64,000 nucleotides of DNA from positions 45,385 through 109,384 of the forward strand of contig JAYOBT010000001.1 of assembly GCA_038105035.1 (NCBI GenBank), given 5' to 3'. Below are positions 1 through 9,414 of this stretch, one piece after another. The DNA comes from Candidatus Poseidoniales archaeon. Lineage in GTDB: Archaea; Thermoplasmatota; Poseidoniia; Poseidoniales; Poseidoniaceae. Numbering within the stretch: position 1 is the stretch's first letter; every line of letters begins with the position of its first letter. A program made the position numbers and the translations under genes. The notes beneath the pieces are model-generated. The model ran no database searches. It worked only from the letters and a program-made list of their open reading frames with translations, and was not told the origin of the DNA.

Positions 1-171
1 GAAGAAAAGGCAACTTCAGGATTCAGAGCACGACTGGAAAGCATGAGCCAATTTGGTGAAAAGTATGCGAAGCGTGTCGAAGACCGTGCGAAAGCCCGTG
101 AAGTAAAAGCATCAGAACAAGAAGATTCTGAGGACCCATCAGAAGAAACTGATGAACAGGCAGAAGACTGA
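1..171 (+). CDS. 3' end of an unidentified CDS with an acidic C-terminal tail; the 5' part lies outside the window
   Basis: Frame +1 is open from base 1 to TGA at 169-171 (...FGEKYAKRVEDRAKAREVKASEQEDSEDPSEETDEQAED*). No domain recognised. Confidence 0.3.
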   Translation, partial: EEKATSGFRARLESMSQFGEKYAKRVEDRAKAREVKASEQEDSEDPSEETDEQAED

Positions 172-185
172 AGGGATTCAGTTCT

Positions 186-1157
186 ATGTTTACGAATCGC
201 TTTTCAGCGTTCATTGTTCATGGGATTGTTTGGTTTTTCATTGCGATCGCTTTGATTGGGTCTACAAACACATTCTTTCTCGTTTTACTTACGCCTGTTT
301 TTTTAATCGACATATGGCTTGCACTCTGTCTCGGATTCATGTTACGTTTACCAAAGGTTCGCGATAATGTCGAACCTCCCTCAGGTTGGGAATGGGATAT
401 ACATGATGTCAACAAATATCCAGTTCGTTGGTTGAAGAGGGATATAGATCCGAACAAACCACTTGCAATTTTCATTCATGGTTGGAATTCACGAGCATCG
501 AACATGCTGGGCAGGAGTGCTCTGTTTCAGGAACTTGGTTACAATTGTATCCTTCTCGAGATGCGTGCTCATGGTGGAAACAAACGCGTCCCGCATTGGG
601 CTGCTATGCACGTCTGTCATGATTTTGAGAATGTTCTAAATGTCATGCATGAACGCGGATGGCTACGAAATGGGTTTCTTATTCATGGGCATAGCCTAGG
701 TGGTTTTGTTGCACAACGAATTCTACGTCCAGAATTACACACCTCGGAGTATGCGAAAGGTATGATTCTTGAATCTCCGGTTACATCGTATGAGTACATA
801 AACAATCAGACCTGTGATTATCTGAGGATTCCACAACAATTACAACGGCCAATGATGCGAAGATTGTTGAGATATTACAATAGGTTGAATCCAGAACAAT
901 TTCGAGTTCCATCGATTGAATTTTTGAAACCTCCGGAGTGGGGTACGCCTGAATGCCCGACACTTCTTGTTCAAGCAAAGCATGATTCAACACTGGGTTC
1001 AAGACATGCCAAATTGCTGATTGATCTTCATGATACTCTAAGTTTGAATTTTTCAAGCCACATTGTTGAAGATCTGAAGCATTCCTACGAACAGAACAAT
1101 GTTATTCGCGATGAAATTATTCGAAATTGGTTAGAGGAACAGTCACTCTTCTTCTAA
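186..1157 (+). CDS. Membrane-anchored alpha/beta-fold serine hydrolase
   Basis: Hydrophobic N-terminal helices, an HGWNSR oxyanion-region motif, the nucleophile elbow GHSLGG, and distal KHDS and LKHSY as candidate acid and His. Confidence 0.8.
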   Translation: MFTNRFSAFIVHGIVWFFIAIALIGSTNTFFLVLLTPVFLIDIWLALCLGFMLRLPKVRDNVEPPSGWEWDIHDVNKYPVRWLKRDIDPNKPLAIFIHGWNSRASNMLGRSALFQELGYNCILLEMRAHGGNKRVPHWAAMHVCHDFENVLNVMHERGWLRNGFLIHGHSLGGFVAQRILRPELHTSEYAKGMILESPVTSYEYINNQTCDYLRIPQQLQRPMMRRLLRYYNRLNPEQFRVPSIEFLKPPEWGTPECPTLLVQAKHDSTLGSRHAKLLIDLHDTLSLNFSSHIVEDLKHSYEQNNVIRDEIIRNWLEEQSLFF

Positions 1158-2216
1158 TGTACTTGCTTGTTCACGAGCAAGTTCACGCATGTCATCAACT
1201 TCATCAAGCTCATCAACAATTTCTTCGCCGAGTAGTGTTTCTAGCACGTCTTCCATGGTCAGAATACCAGATGTCCCGCCGAATTCATCCTGTACGATAG
1301 CAAATTGTTGACGACGTTCAAGAAGCATGTCCAGGGCGACATCGACACTTTGTTTGGTGGTAAGGAACTCAACAGGTTTCATGAATTCTGAAACACTTCT
1401 ACCCCATTCATCTCGGCTTGCAGCAAGCAATAATTCAGAACGGATAACCAATCCTTGAATTTCGTCGATAGATTCAGAAAAAACTGGTATTCGTGAGAAA
1501 CGTAATACTGGGTATTCGTCGAGTATTTGTCGAATTGTCATATCCTGTTGTAGCGCAGTCACGACGACACGTGGGGTCATAACCTCAGTGATTGGAATTT
1601 CTCGAAGTCGCAACAGATTGTGAATGACCGTTTCTTCATCCTCCATCAGGGCGCCTTCTTCTTCACCAAGATCGGCTAACGCAGCCAAGTCGTCTCGTGT
1701 TACGAGTTGACCGTCTGCACTTGGTAGGATCTTCTTCATCCACTGAATCGGTGCTATGATGAAAAACAATGCAATTGTAATCGAGTTGAGCATAAGTCCA
1801 GTTGCAAGAGATAACTGGCGCCAATAGGCTGTCCCTAGCGTCTTTGGAATGATTTCAGAGAGGAATAGAACAGCTAATGTCAAAATCACCGAAGCAATGG
1901 TCAGGTACTCATTGCCAAATTGATTTTGTACTTCTGAACCGACCCCTGCAGCACCCATTGTGTGAGCGATTGTGTTGAGGGTTAGGATGGCTGTAAGGGG
2001 TTTAACGGCGTCGTCTGCCTTTAATTTTGACCATAATTGGCCACGTCGGTTACCATCTTTTTCCCATACAGCAACCTGAGTGTTTGGAATGGAGAGCACC
2101 ACGGCCTCGAGGATTGAACAGAGAAACGATACGCCAAGCGCAAGAACGGTGTAAAAAATGAGTAATGTGAGGTTCATGTTGAACGTGAACTCCTGTCCGT
2201 TGGATAATCTCTCCAA
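1143..2216 (-). CDS. CNNM / HlyC-CorC family divalent-cation transporter (DUF21 membrane domain plus CBS pair)
   Basis: Four N-terminal TM helices followed by a tandem CBS-like region (VMTPRVVV..., IPVFSESIDEIQGLV, AIVQDEFGGTSGILTMEDVLE). The start could instead be the internal Met at 2177. Confidence 0.85.
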   Translation of the reverse strand: MERLSNGQEFTFNMNLTLLIFYTVLALGVSFLCSILEAVVLSIPNTQVAVWEKDGNRRGQLWSKLKADDAVKPLTAILTLNTIAHTMGAAGVGSEVQNQFGNEYLTIASVILTLAVLFLSEIIPKTLGTAYWRQLSLATGLMLNSITIALFFIIAPIQWMKKILPSADGQLVTRDDLAALADLGEEEGALMEDEETVIHNLLRLREIPITEVMTPRVVVTALQQDMTIRQILDEYPVLRFSRIPVFSESIDEIQGLVIRSELLLAASRDEWGRSVSEFMKPVEFLTTKQSVDVALDMLLERRQQFAIVQDEFGGTSGILTMEDVLETLLGEEIVDELDEVDDMRELAREQASTLEEE

Positions 2217-2289
2217 GAACTCCTGCTTCTTGAAAATGTTGTTTTTGAGTTGCGAAAAGGGTTGATTTGAAAATCAATGCCTGTTAGCC

Positions 2290-4539
2290 ATGGATATGGC
2301 CGAGGGTGACCACGTACTTGTGTGCGTTGCATGGCCTTACGCAAATGGACCACTGCACTTGGGTCACGTTGCTGGTTGTTATCTCCCTCCTGACATACAT
2401 GCAAGGTTTGAACGTTCACGCGGAAACTACGTTTTGATGGTCTCCGGTTCAGATGAGCACGGTACACCAATTACGGTCACCGCAGAGCAAGAAGGCGTCT
2501 CGCCACAAGACGTTGTCGATCAGTATCATCAAATCAACACCAAAGCTCTCCTTGAGTTAGGATGCACATGGATGCCGAATACCGATTCAAGAGGCATTGA
2601 ATATGGGGGTTCGTTGTTCAATCGCACAAGCGATGTTCGCCACAAAGAAAAAGTCCAGGAGAATTTCAAATTGTTGTATGATGCTGGATTCTTTGAAAAA
2701 AGAACCATGCAACAATATTACGAGGTCCATGATGATGGAGGAGGGCGTTTTCTACCAGACCGCTATATCGAGGGAACTTGCCCCTCTTGTGGTGCAGATG
2801 GCGCACGTGGTGATCAGTGCGACTCTTGTGGGGCGACGTATGAGTCATCGGAACTTAAGAATCCGATTTCCAAAATGAATCCTGAATTGAAAGTAGAAAT
2901 TCGCGACACAGAACATCTGTTTTACCGACTCGATCTGTTTCAAAAAGCGCTTGAGCAACACGCTGAAAATAATCACGCTGTTTGGAAGCCCAACGTTCGA
3001 GCAATGACGAAACAATGGCTCGATATGGGTCTGCGACCCAGAGCAGTCACACGTGATCTTGAATGGGGTATCAAGGTGCCACTCGAAGGTTCAGATTGGG
3101 ATGGCAAATGCATCTATGTTTGGTTTGAAGCTGTTCAAGGATATCTCACGTGTTCACAAATTTGGTCGGAATTGTACGGTGATGGTTCCAATTGGGAACA
3201 ATGGTGGCTTGAGCAAGATACCTCAAAACAACGTCACTATTACTTCCTTGGAAAGGACAACGTCCCATTCCACACCGTCATCTGGCCAGCAATATTGATG
3301 GGGTTAAACCATGCGCGCAAGGGCAAAACAGCCATGGATCCTGTTAAACTTCCCGAGTATGGAGACCTTCGTCTAGAAGACAATGTGCCAGCAATGGAAT
3401 ATCTGATGCTTGCTGGAGGCCAATTCTCTAAATCTAGGAAACATGCAATTTGGCTTCCATCGTTTTTGGAAAGATTTGATCCTGATACTTTGCGATATTA
3501 TCTCAGCATTAACATGCCAGAATCTCATGATACGGATTTCACGTGGAGCGAGTTTGTAGACAGAATCAACAATGAACTCATCGCTACATATGGTAATTTT
3601 GCTAATCGCGTACTCTCGCTTTCTGCTCGATTACCTGAAACACCGGGTGGTGAAACACTACCATTCTTTGATGAGCAATCGCATTACGCAGATCTCTGTG
3701 TTGCACTAGAGGAACTCCACACATCTATGACCACTTCACTCGAACGTCACCGTTACAAGGAAGCATTACGTACCGCCATGACCGCAGCACAACATGGAAA
3801 CCAACTCTTGCAATCTTCCATGCCGTGGAAACATCTCAAAACAGAGGTAGGTTCTGATGGGCGAATCGAAGCACTTTCTTCCCTAGCATTCGGATGGAGA
3901 ATATGTCGCTATCTTGCGATTGTAACACAACCGTTCCTGCCGTTCAGTGCACAAAAACTTTGGACAATGTTAGGAATTGATCAGAAACTCGAAGATATGC
4001 ATTGGGATGATGCCATTGATTGGTCTGTACCCGTTGCTGTGCCCTCAAAGTCTTATGAGCCGTTGTTCAAGCGGCTGGATGCGGAAGAAATCGTCAAGGA
4101 AGAACAATCTCTCATCGAAGAAACTACAGAATCACAAAACATGACCCCTTCAGTAAAGGGCGGTAAGAAGGAGAAGAAAAACATGGAAAAAGAAGCATTG
4201 GAAGGCATAAAATATCTCGATTTTGATACCTTCATGAAAGTTGAATTGAGAGTTGGAAAGATTCTTTCTGTCGAAGACCACCCTAACGCTGACAGGTTAT
4301 ATGTTGTCAAATTAGACGATGGAAGCGATGGTGGAAGAACCATTTGTGCAGGCATTAAAGCGTACTACTCTGTTGAAGATCTTGTCAACAAATCCGTTGT
4401 ATTCGTTGCGAATCTCAAACCTCGCCCCCTCCGCGGTGTTGTGAGTGAGGGAATGATGTTGGCGGCGGATGATGGAAATGACGTCGTCAAACTCGTAACA
4501 ATTGATGGTGACATCTCTACAGGGTCACTGGTTCGATAA
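2290..4539 (+). CDS. metG: Methionyl-tRNA synthetase with a C-terminal EMAPII/Trbp111-like tRNA-binding domain
   Basis: HIGH-type motif PYANGPLHLGH, a KMSKS-type motif QFSKSRKH, the zinc knuckle CPSCG...CDSCG, and a C-terminal OB-type tail (LRVGKILSVEDHPNADRLYVVKLD). Confidence 0.97.
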   Translation: MDMAEGDHVLVCVAWPYANGPLHLGHVAGCYLPPDIHARFERSRGNYVLMVSGSDEHGTPITVTAEQEGVSPQDVVDQYHQINTKALLELGCTWMPNTDSRGIEYGGSLFNRTSDVRHKEKVQENFKLLYDAGFFEKRTMQQYYEVHDDGGGRFLPDRYIEGTCPSCGADGARGDQCDSCGATYESSELKNPISKMNPELKVEIRDTEHLFYRLDLFQKALEQHAENNHAVWKPNVRAMTKQWLDMGLRPRAVTRDLEWGIKVPLEGSDWDGKCIYVWFEAVQGYLTCSQIWSELYGDGSNWEQWWLEQDTSKQRHYYFLGKDNVPFHTVIWPAILMGLNHARKGKTAMDPVKLPEYGDLRLEDNVPAMEYLMLAGGQFSKSRKHAIWLPSFLERFDPDTLRYYLSINMPESHDTDFTWSEFVDRINNELIATYGNFANRVLSLSARLPETPGGETLPFFDEQSHYADLCVALEELHTSMTTSLERHRYKEALRTAMTAAQHGNQLLQSSMPWKHLKTEVGSDGRIEALSSLAFGWRICRYLAIVTQPFLPFSAQKLWTMLGIDQKLEDMHWDDAIDWSVPVAVPSKSYEPLFKRLDAEEIVKEEQSLIEETTESQNMTPSVKGGKKEKKNMEKEALEGIKYLDFDTFMKVELRVGKILSVEDHPNADRLYVVKLDDGSDGGRTICAGIKAYYSVEDLVNKSVVFVANLKPRPLRGVVSEGMMLAADDGNDVVKLVTIDGDISTGSLVR

Positions 4540-5160
4540 TTGATCACGCACAGCATCCATAGCTTGACGTGAATAGATACGACCATCCTCGATGAGGCTT
4601 GGTAAATTCTTGCGCATTTCAACACCATAATCTTCAGGTAGTGATTGGAGATTAATCTCAACATTGAATATACCTCCCTTGAGAGCCGCTGATGCAAGAA
4701 GACTTGCGACTCCAACATCGGAAGCCGCATTTGGATTGCCTTTTTCTGCAAGTTCAGGCAAGAGTTTGAGCAGTTCTAGCGCTGAAACAGCGGTGAGGTA
4801 AGGCACCTCCGCAGCACCAAGAGTCGCCGATCTGATGGCATCCCTCCGTTCAGACTTGAGTTGGTCCGTATCTTTGGGTAATTTGAATGAATCAACGACT
4901 TTATCGAATGCTTCACTGTCTGCTGTAGCCAGTTTTAATCCTTCATCCAACATTGGTAATGCAATGCGTTTCACTTGTTCCGAGATTTCCCATCCTTCAC
5001 GTAGCGAATCCTTTCCTAATGTTAAGTCGCTAACCATAATGGCTAGTGCAGCTGCCTGGCCCAGCACGACTCCTGCAGCAGAGCCGCCCCCTGGAGTTGG
5101 TGCGCTACTAGCAAGAGCATTTTGAAATTCTCTGAGAGTTACATCCGACCACGTCATCAA
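4525..5160 (-). CDS. Formimidoyl-THF cyclodeaminase (FTCD C-terminal-type cyclodeaminase/cyclohydrolase family)
   Basis: The N-terminal signature LREFQNALASSAPTPGGGSAAGVVLGQAAALAIMV is typical of this all-helical family. Its ATG overlaps the upstream stop (ATGA). Confidence 0.85.
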   Translation of the reverse strand: MMTWSDVTLREFQNALASSAPTPGGGSAAGVVLGQAAALAIMVSDLTLGKDSLREGWEISEQVKRIALPMLDEGLKLATADSEAFDKVVDSFKLPKDTDQLKSERRDAIRSATLGAAEVPYLTAVSALELLKLLPELAEKGNPNAASDVGVASLLASAALKGGIFNVEINLQSLPEDYGVEMRKNLPSLIEDGRIYSRQAMDAVRDQLSNQ

Positions 5161-6194
5161 TTACCCTCCTCAAGAGCTAACTCAATAATACGATTTTTTG
5201 GATTGAATGATGAGATTGAGTCCAAACCAAGATATTTGATTGCAGTAGCAATACATTCCTCCTCTGTCTGGGCTTCGCCACCGTACCAACGTCCTGCTTC
5301 AACGATTGCCTCTAGGGGTACAAGGCCAACCAATTCACTTCCTTGGGTCGAACTACCCATGTTCTTGCACAGACTATCGATGGTATCGAAAGCATGATGG
5401 AGGTTTGTAACCCTGTAATTTTGTAGATTCATTGAGACCTGACTTATGTTGTGCGATTCAAGAGGAACTCCCATGCCTTGTACATGCTGGAGCAGTCCTT
5501 TGGTTCGAAATTTTCGCTCTCCATCTGGAGATTTGACGAGTCTTCCTGAACTTCGAACAATCGAACCTATTTGTTGAGCCACGTATGGGTCTGAATCCTT
5601 AATGTTGACATTGTACGCAAGGAGTATGTCTCTAGCACCTATGGTAATTCCTCCGCTTCTTTGTGAGGTTTCATCCCATTGTTTTGACCCAAGATCAGGA
5701 AGTCTTGTTGCATCGCCATGTATTGAAGTAGAATTATCAAATCTGGCTGCTAAACCTTCATACTCACCCTTCCTTAAGGTAGATAATGTCCTGCGATCTT
5801 CAGATGTTGCTGCAAAACCATACAAAAAAACGGGTACATCGCACTGAGCGACTTGTCTGGCTACTCGATTTGCGATTTCGACACAATCGTCCATACTAGC
5901 ATTTGCAATTGGAATGAAGGGGCAAACATCAACACACCCCAATCGCGGATGTTCACCAGTGTGGCCTCTCATATCAATTTCTTCAATGGCTTTCTCGATG
6001 AGTAAGTAAGCTGCCTTTTCTACTCCTTCCATCGTACCAGCGAACGTAATAACGGTTCGATTGTAGTCTGGGTCTGGTTCAATTCCTAGAATTTTGACGC
6101 CATGGATACGTGCTGCATCAACAATGCGATTCACTTTGTCCAAATCACGGCCTTCAGATATGTTTGGAACGCACTCAACAATGGCTTTCGACAT
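5157..6194 (-). CDS. Glutamate formimidoyltransferase
   Basis: ECVPNISEGRD lies near the N-terminus and HPRLGCVDVCPFIP is present. I placed the start at the internal Met (MSKAIVECVPN); the ORF track extends to 6230. Confidence 0.9.
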   Translation of the reverse strand: MSKAIVECVPNISEGRDLDKVNRIVDAARIHGVKILGIEPDPDYNRTVITFAGTMEGVEKAAYLLIEKAIEEIDMRGHTGEHPRLGCVDVCPFIPIANASMDDCVEIANRVARQVAQCDVPVFLYGFAATSEDRRTLSTLRKGEYEGLAARFDNSTSIHGDATRLPDLGSKQWDETSQRSGGITIGARDILLAYNVNIKDSDPYVAQQIGSIVRSSGRLVKSPDGERKFRTKGLLQHVQGMGVPLESHNISQVSMNLQNYRVTNLHHAFDTIDSLCKNMGSSTQGSELVGLVPLEAIVEAGRWYGGEAQTEEECIATAIKYLGLDSISSFNPKNRIIELALEEGN

Positions 6195-6226
6195 AGTTCG
6201 TGGTTTCCACGTCGGACCTTGAACAT

Positions 6227-7456
6227 TCACCCGTACAGGCCTTCTGGCGAGGACATGCTGCCAGATTGTGATTTCTTCTTATTGAGTCGCTCAATAGCCT
6301 GCATGACATCCGAATGCGAAACCGTATCTCTATCAGATCGAATGGCAATCATGCCCGCTTCGACACATGTTGCCTTCAATTCAGCCCCACTGAATCCAGA
6401 CGTTGCTCGTGCGACAGCTTTCAGACGTACTCCACGAGTATTCATATTCGAAAGATGAAGACTCAGAATAGCATGGCGAGAGTCTTCTTCAGGTATTGGT
6501 ATTTCGATAATCCGATCAAATCGCCCTGGTCTCAGTAACGCATCATCGAGGATGTCTGGACGGTTGGTTGCAGCTATAATTTTGACATGTTCCAAATCAT
6601 CAAAACCATCCAATTCTGCAAGAAGTTGCATTAATGTTCGCTGAACTTCACGGTCGCCACTGGTGGAACCATCCAATCTTTTGGCGCCAATCGCATCGAT
6701 TTCATCGAGGAAAATAATCGAGGGAGATTTGTCCTTTGCAAGTGAAAACAGCTCTCTCACAAGCCGACCTCCTTCGCCGATGTATTTCTGAGCGAGTTCA
6801 GAACCAACCATTCGGATGAACGTCGCATTGGTATGATGTGCAACAGCCTTAGCAAGCAGCGTCTTACCACAACCAGGTGGCCCTACCAGCAAAACGCCTT
6901 TGGGTGGTTTGATACCTACCTTCGTGAACAGTTGAGGTTTCGTTAGTGGTAGTTCAATAGCCTCACGTACGGATAGAATTTCGTCGTCCAAACCAGCAAC
7001 CATCTCATAGGTGATATCTGGTTTTTCAACCATCTCCGAGCCGCTCACGATTGGATCCCAAGCATCATGAAGAACTTCTACAAGCGAGAGGGTGTCTTGA
7101 TTCAGTGCAACACGCGTTCCTGGTTTAAGCAACTCTGGATCGATACGTTGGTTGAGTGATACTTGAAACACTGTACCGTTTGAAGAACGAACGATCGCCC
7201 TTTCAGGGTCCAATACATCTTGGAGCGTTCCTACAATAAGTGGAGGTGCTCGCAGGTTCCGTACTTCTTCTTCCAACCGTCCTGCTTGTTTTTTGACGTT
7301 ACGTAGTTCAGACTCAATGTGGGTTCTTTCGCTGATCAATTCTTGCGTTTTTTCTTGCAACCGTCGATATTCTTGCTCAAGTTTCTGGAAGTCGTCTTCT
7401 CTGTGATTGTTCACAGAATCTGAATTTGTGTCTACATCCGTGCCCATCGCAATCAA
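6227..7456 (-). CDS. pan: Proteasome-activating nucleotidase (AAA+ ATPase)
   Basis: N-terminal coiled coil, an OB region, Walker A GPPGCGKTLLAKA, Walker B IIFLDEID, and a C-terminal LYG (HbYX-type). Confidence 0.95.
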   Translation of the reverse strand: MIAMGTDVDTNSDSVNNHREDDFQKLEQEYRRLQEKTQELISERTHIESELRNVKKQAGRLEEEVRNLRAPPLIVGTLQDVLDPERAIVRSSNGTVFQVSLNQRIDPELLKPGTRVALNQDTLSLVEVLHDAWDPIVSGSEMVEKPDITYEMVAGLDDEILSVREAIELPLTKPQLFTKVGIKPPKGVLLVGPPGCGKTLLAKAVAHHTNATFIRMVGSELAQKYIGEGGRLVRELFSLAKDKSPSIIFLDEIDAIGAKRLDGSTSGDREVQRTLMQLLAELDGFDDLEHVKIIAATNRPDILDDALLRPGRFDRIIEIPIPEEDSRHAILSLHLSNMNTRGVRLKAVARATSGFSGAELKATCVEAGMIAIRSDRDTVSHSDVMQAIERLNKKKSQSGSMSSPEGLYG

Positions 7457-7555
7457 TTTGTCCTTGGGTCATCAGTGTATCAACTAATCGTTTCTCTTTC
7501 TAGACGTCATCGAAGGGTTCATCAAATGTCAACCTGAGCGTGCATTGGGGATACG

Positions 7556-8047
7556 ATGGGTGATTGCGAATTATGTGGTGCTACGAAGGTATCGACTCGT
7601 GAGCACCGAGTCAATAAAGCCATGTTGGCCATTTGCCAGAGATGTGTTGGTCAAATGAACCTTGAACCAAAACAAGAAGCTCCAGGCTTAGCCCAAGCTC
7701 GTAGAAAGCCAGCTGCAAAACCAAACCAACGGAGATTCAACAAAAACAACATCATGAACAAGCAAGAGAAAGAGTTGGCAGACAATTTTGCCAAGTTAAT
7801 TCTGACTGCTCGAGAAAGCAAAGGATGGACACAGGCTCAATTGGGTCAACGAATGGCAGAAACTGTGAACGTGATAAAATCAGCCGAGTCAGGTAAACCA
7901 CCTGCAGATACTGTGATTAAGAAATTCGAAATGATTCTTGGCATTGAGTTGATGGTGGAAGCAAGTAGTGATCATCAATCCATGATCGGGCAATCATCAA
8001 ACAGCCGTGGAATGACCATCGGAGATTATCTGAAAGATTTACGGTGA
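7556..8047 (+). CDS. mbf1: Archaeal multiprotein-bridging factor 1 (N-terminal zinc ribbon plus cro/C1-type HTH)
   Basis: CELCG...CQRC zinc ribbon, then an HTH segment RESKGWTQAQLGQRMAETVNVIKSAESGK. Confidence 0.85.
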   Translation: MGDCELCGATKVSTREHRVNKAMLAICQRCVGQMNLEPKQEAPGLAQARRKPAAKPNQRRFNKNNIMNKQEKELADNFAKLILTARESKGWTQAQLGQRMAETVNVIKSAESGKPPADTVIKKFEMILGIELMVEASSDHQSMIGQSSNSRGMTIGDYLKDLR

Positions 8048-8051
8048 TTGC

Positions 8052-8594
8052 ATGGACATCCCTGTTCACGCAATCTGGCTCGCTCAAGACGACCCAAAAA
8101 AGAACACTGCTGTTCGAGCCTCACGAGATGAATTGTTGACATTGCACAAGGATTTCAAGCGATTACCGAAAAGAGGCATCATTCTCGAACCTCTGTGTGG
8201 CAAAGTCTTGGGTCCAGAAGATCGTGAACTCTTCGAGCAACGTGGGGCCTTGGTTGGCTTGGATTGCTCCTGGGCTCAAATAGAATCCTCTGTTGCTCAT
8301 GTGATGCGCCGCACACGGCTCCAGCCGAGAATGCTGCCTCTCTTGTTAGCCGCAAACCCTGTCAATTGGGGGAAGCCAGGTAAATTATCAACTGTCGAAG
8401 CACTTGCAGCATCACTTTATTTGTTGGGTCGCGTTGATCAGTGCAAAGAATTGATGAGCAAATTCAGATGGGGCGAACGCTTTCTGGAACTCAATCGTGA
8501 ACCGCTTGAGGCATATGCGTCCGCAAAAAGTTCTGCTGAATTGGTTGCCTTGCAGTTTGAATTTTTTGATATAGAGGTTGAAGCCGATGACTAA
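8052..8594 (+). CDS. tsr3: 16S rRNA aminocarboxypropyltransferase Tsr3
   Basis: QDDPKKNTA near the N-terminus, LDCSW, and ANPVNWGKPGKLSTVEALAASLYLLG, which is the Tsr3/DUF367 pattern. Confidence 0.85.
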   Translation: MDIPVHAIWLAQDDPKKNTAVRASRDELLTLHKDFKRLPKRGIILEPLCGKVLGPEDRELFEQRGALVGLDCSWAQIESSVAHVMRRTRLQPRMLPLLLAANPVNWGKPGKLSTVEALAASLYLLGRVDQCKELMSKFRWGERFLELNREPLEAYASAKSSAELVALQFEFFDIEVEADD

Positions 8595-9402
8595 GAGCCA
8601 TTCTGAAGTACCATTGGTGCGTGTCTCTGTTGAAGGTGAGTCAATACAAAAGGAGACCATTGTAGAAGAGGTTGCGGTTCGATTGCATGCATTAAACGAA
8701 AACAACGTGTACGATGAACATTCAATTTTGCTCGCTACACCTACTGACCTCATTGAACTGCATGCGGGCCATCTTTATTCAGAAGGCTATCTCGAAAAGA
8801 TACCAGGCCGTACCGATTTCCAAATCTTGGATGATTCGACTCCAACCATCCAATACAACGGCAGGATCAATCTACCTACTCGAGAACGTATTGTGACAAG
8901 TTCTTGTGGAGCGTGCAACCATCCTGACTTAACGATTCATTGTGACAATATAATCGAGAAAAATCCTAAATTTTCGAATTTAGGCATAACAGTACTAGGC
9001 CATGCACTAAATGAACTAACCACTGTAATGCCTCTTTTCCAACAAAGCGGCGGTTGTCATGGTGTAGCTCTGTATTCTGAAGATGGTTCGATTGATTATG
9101 TCTCTGAAGACATAGGCCGCCATAATGCGGTAGACAAAGCCATAGGCAAAGCCATTCTCTCGGGAAAAACAACACTTTCGGATACGATGCTTCTACTGTC
9201 AGGAAGATGTGGTTGGGACATCGTTGCCAAATGCGTTCGTACTGGCATTTCAGCCATCGCATCACTCGGTGCATTTTCATCGGCTGCTGTGAATTTAGCG
9301 CGTGAGCACAACGTCACGTTGTACGGTTTCGTTGGTGATCGAGGTGCTTGGAAAGTAGGATATTCAGTCGATTCACCTCCAAGCATTGATGAATCCGATT
9401 GA
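8578..9402 (+). CDS. fdhD: Formate dehydrogenase accessory sulfurtransferase FdhD
   Basis: SSCGACN, GGCHGVAL and EDIGRHNAVDKAIG motifs. Confidence 0.9.
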   Translation: MKPMTKSHSEVPLVRVSVEGESIQKETIVEEVAVRLHALNENNVYDEHSILLATPTDLIELHAGHLYSEGYLEKIPGRTDFQILDDSTPTIQYNGRINLPTRERIVTSSCGACNHPDLTIHCDNIIEKNPKFSNLGITVLGHALNELTTVMPLFQQSGGCHGVALYSEDGSIDYVSEDIGRHNAVDKAIGKAILSGKTTLSDTMLLLSGRCGWDIVAKCVRTGISAIASLGAFSSAAVNLAREHNVTLYGFVGDRGAWKVGYSVDSPPSIDESD

Positions 9403-9414
9403 TTTGCCTGCATC

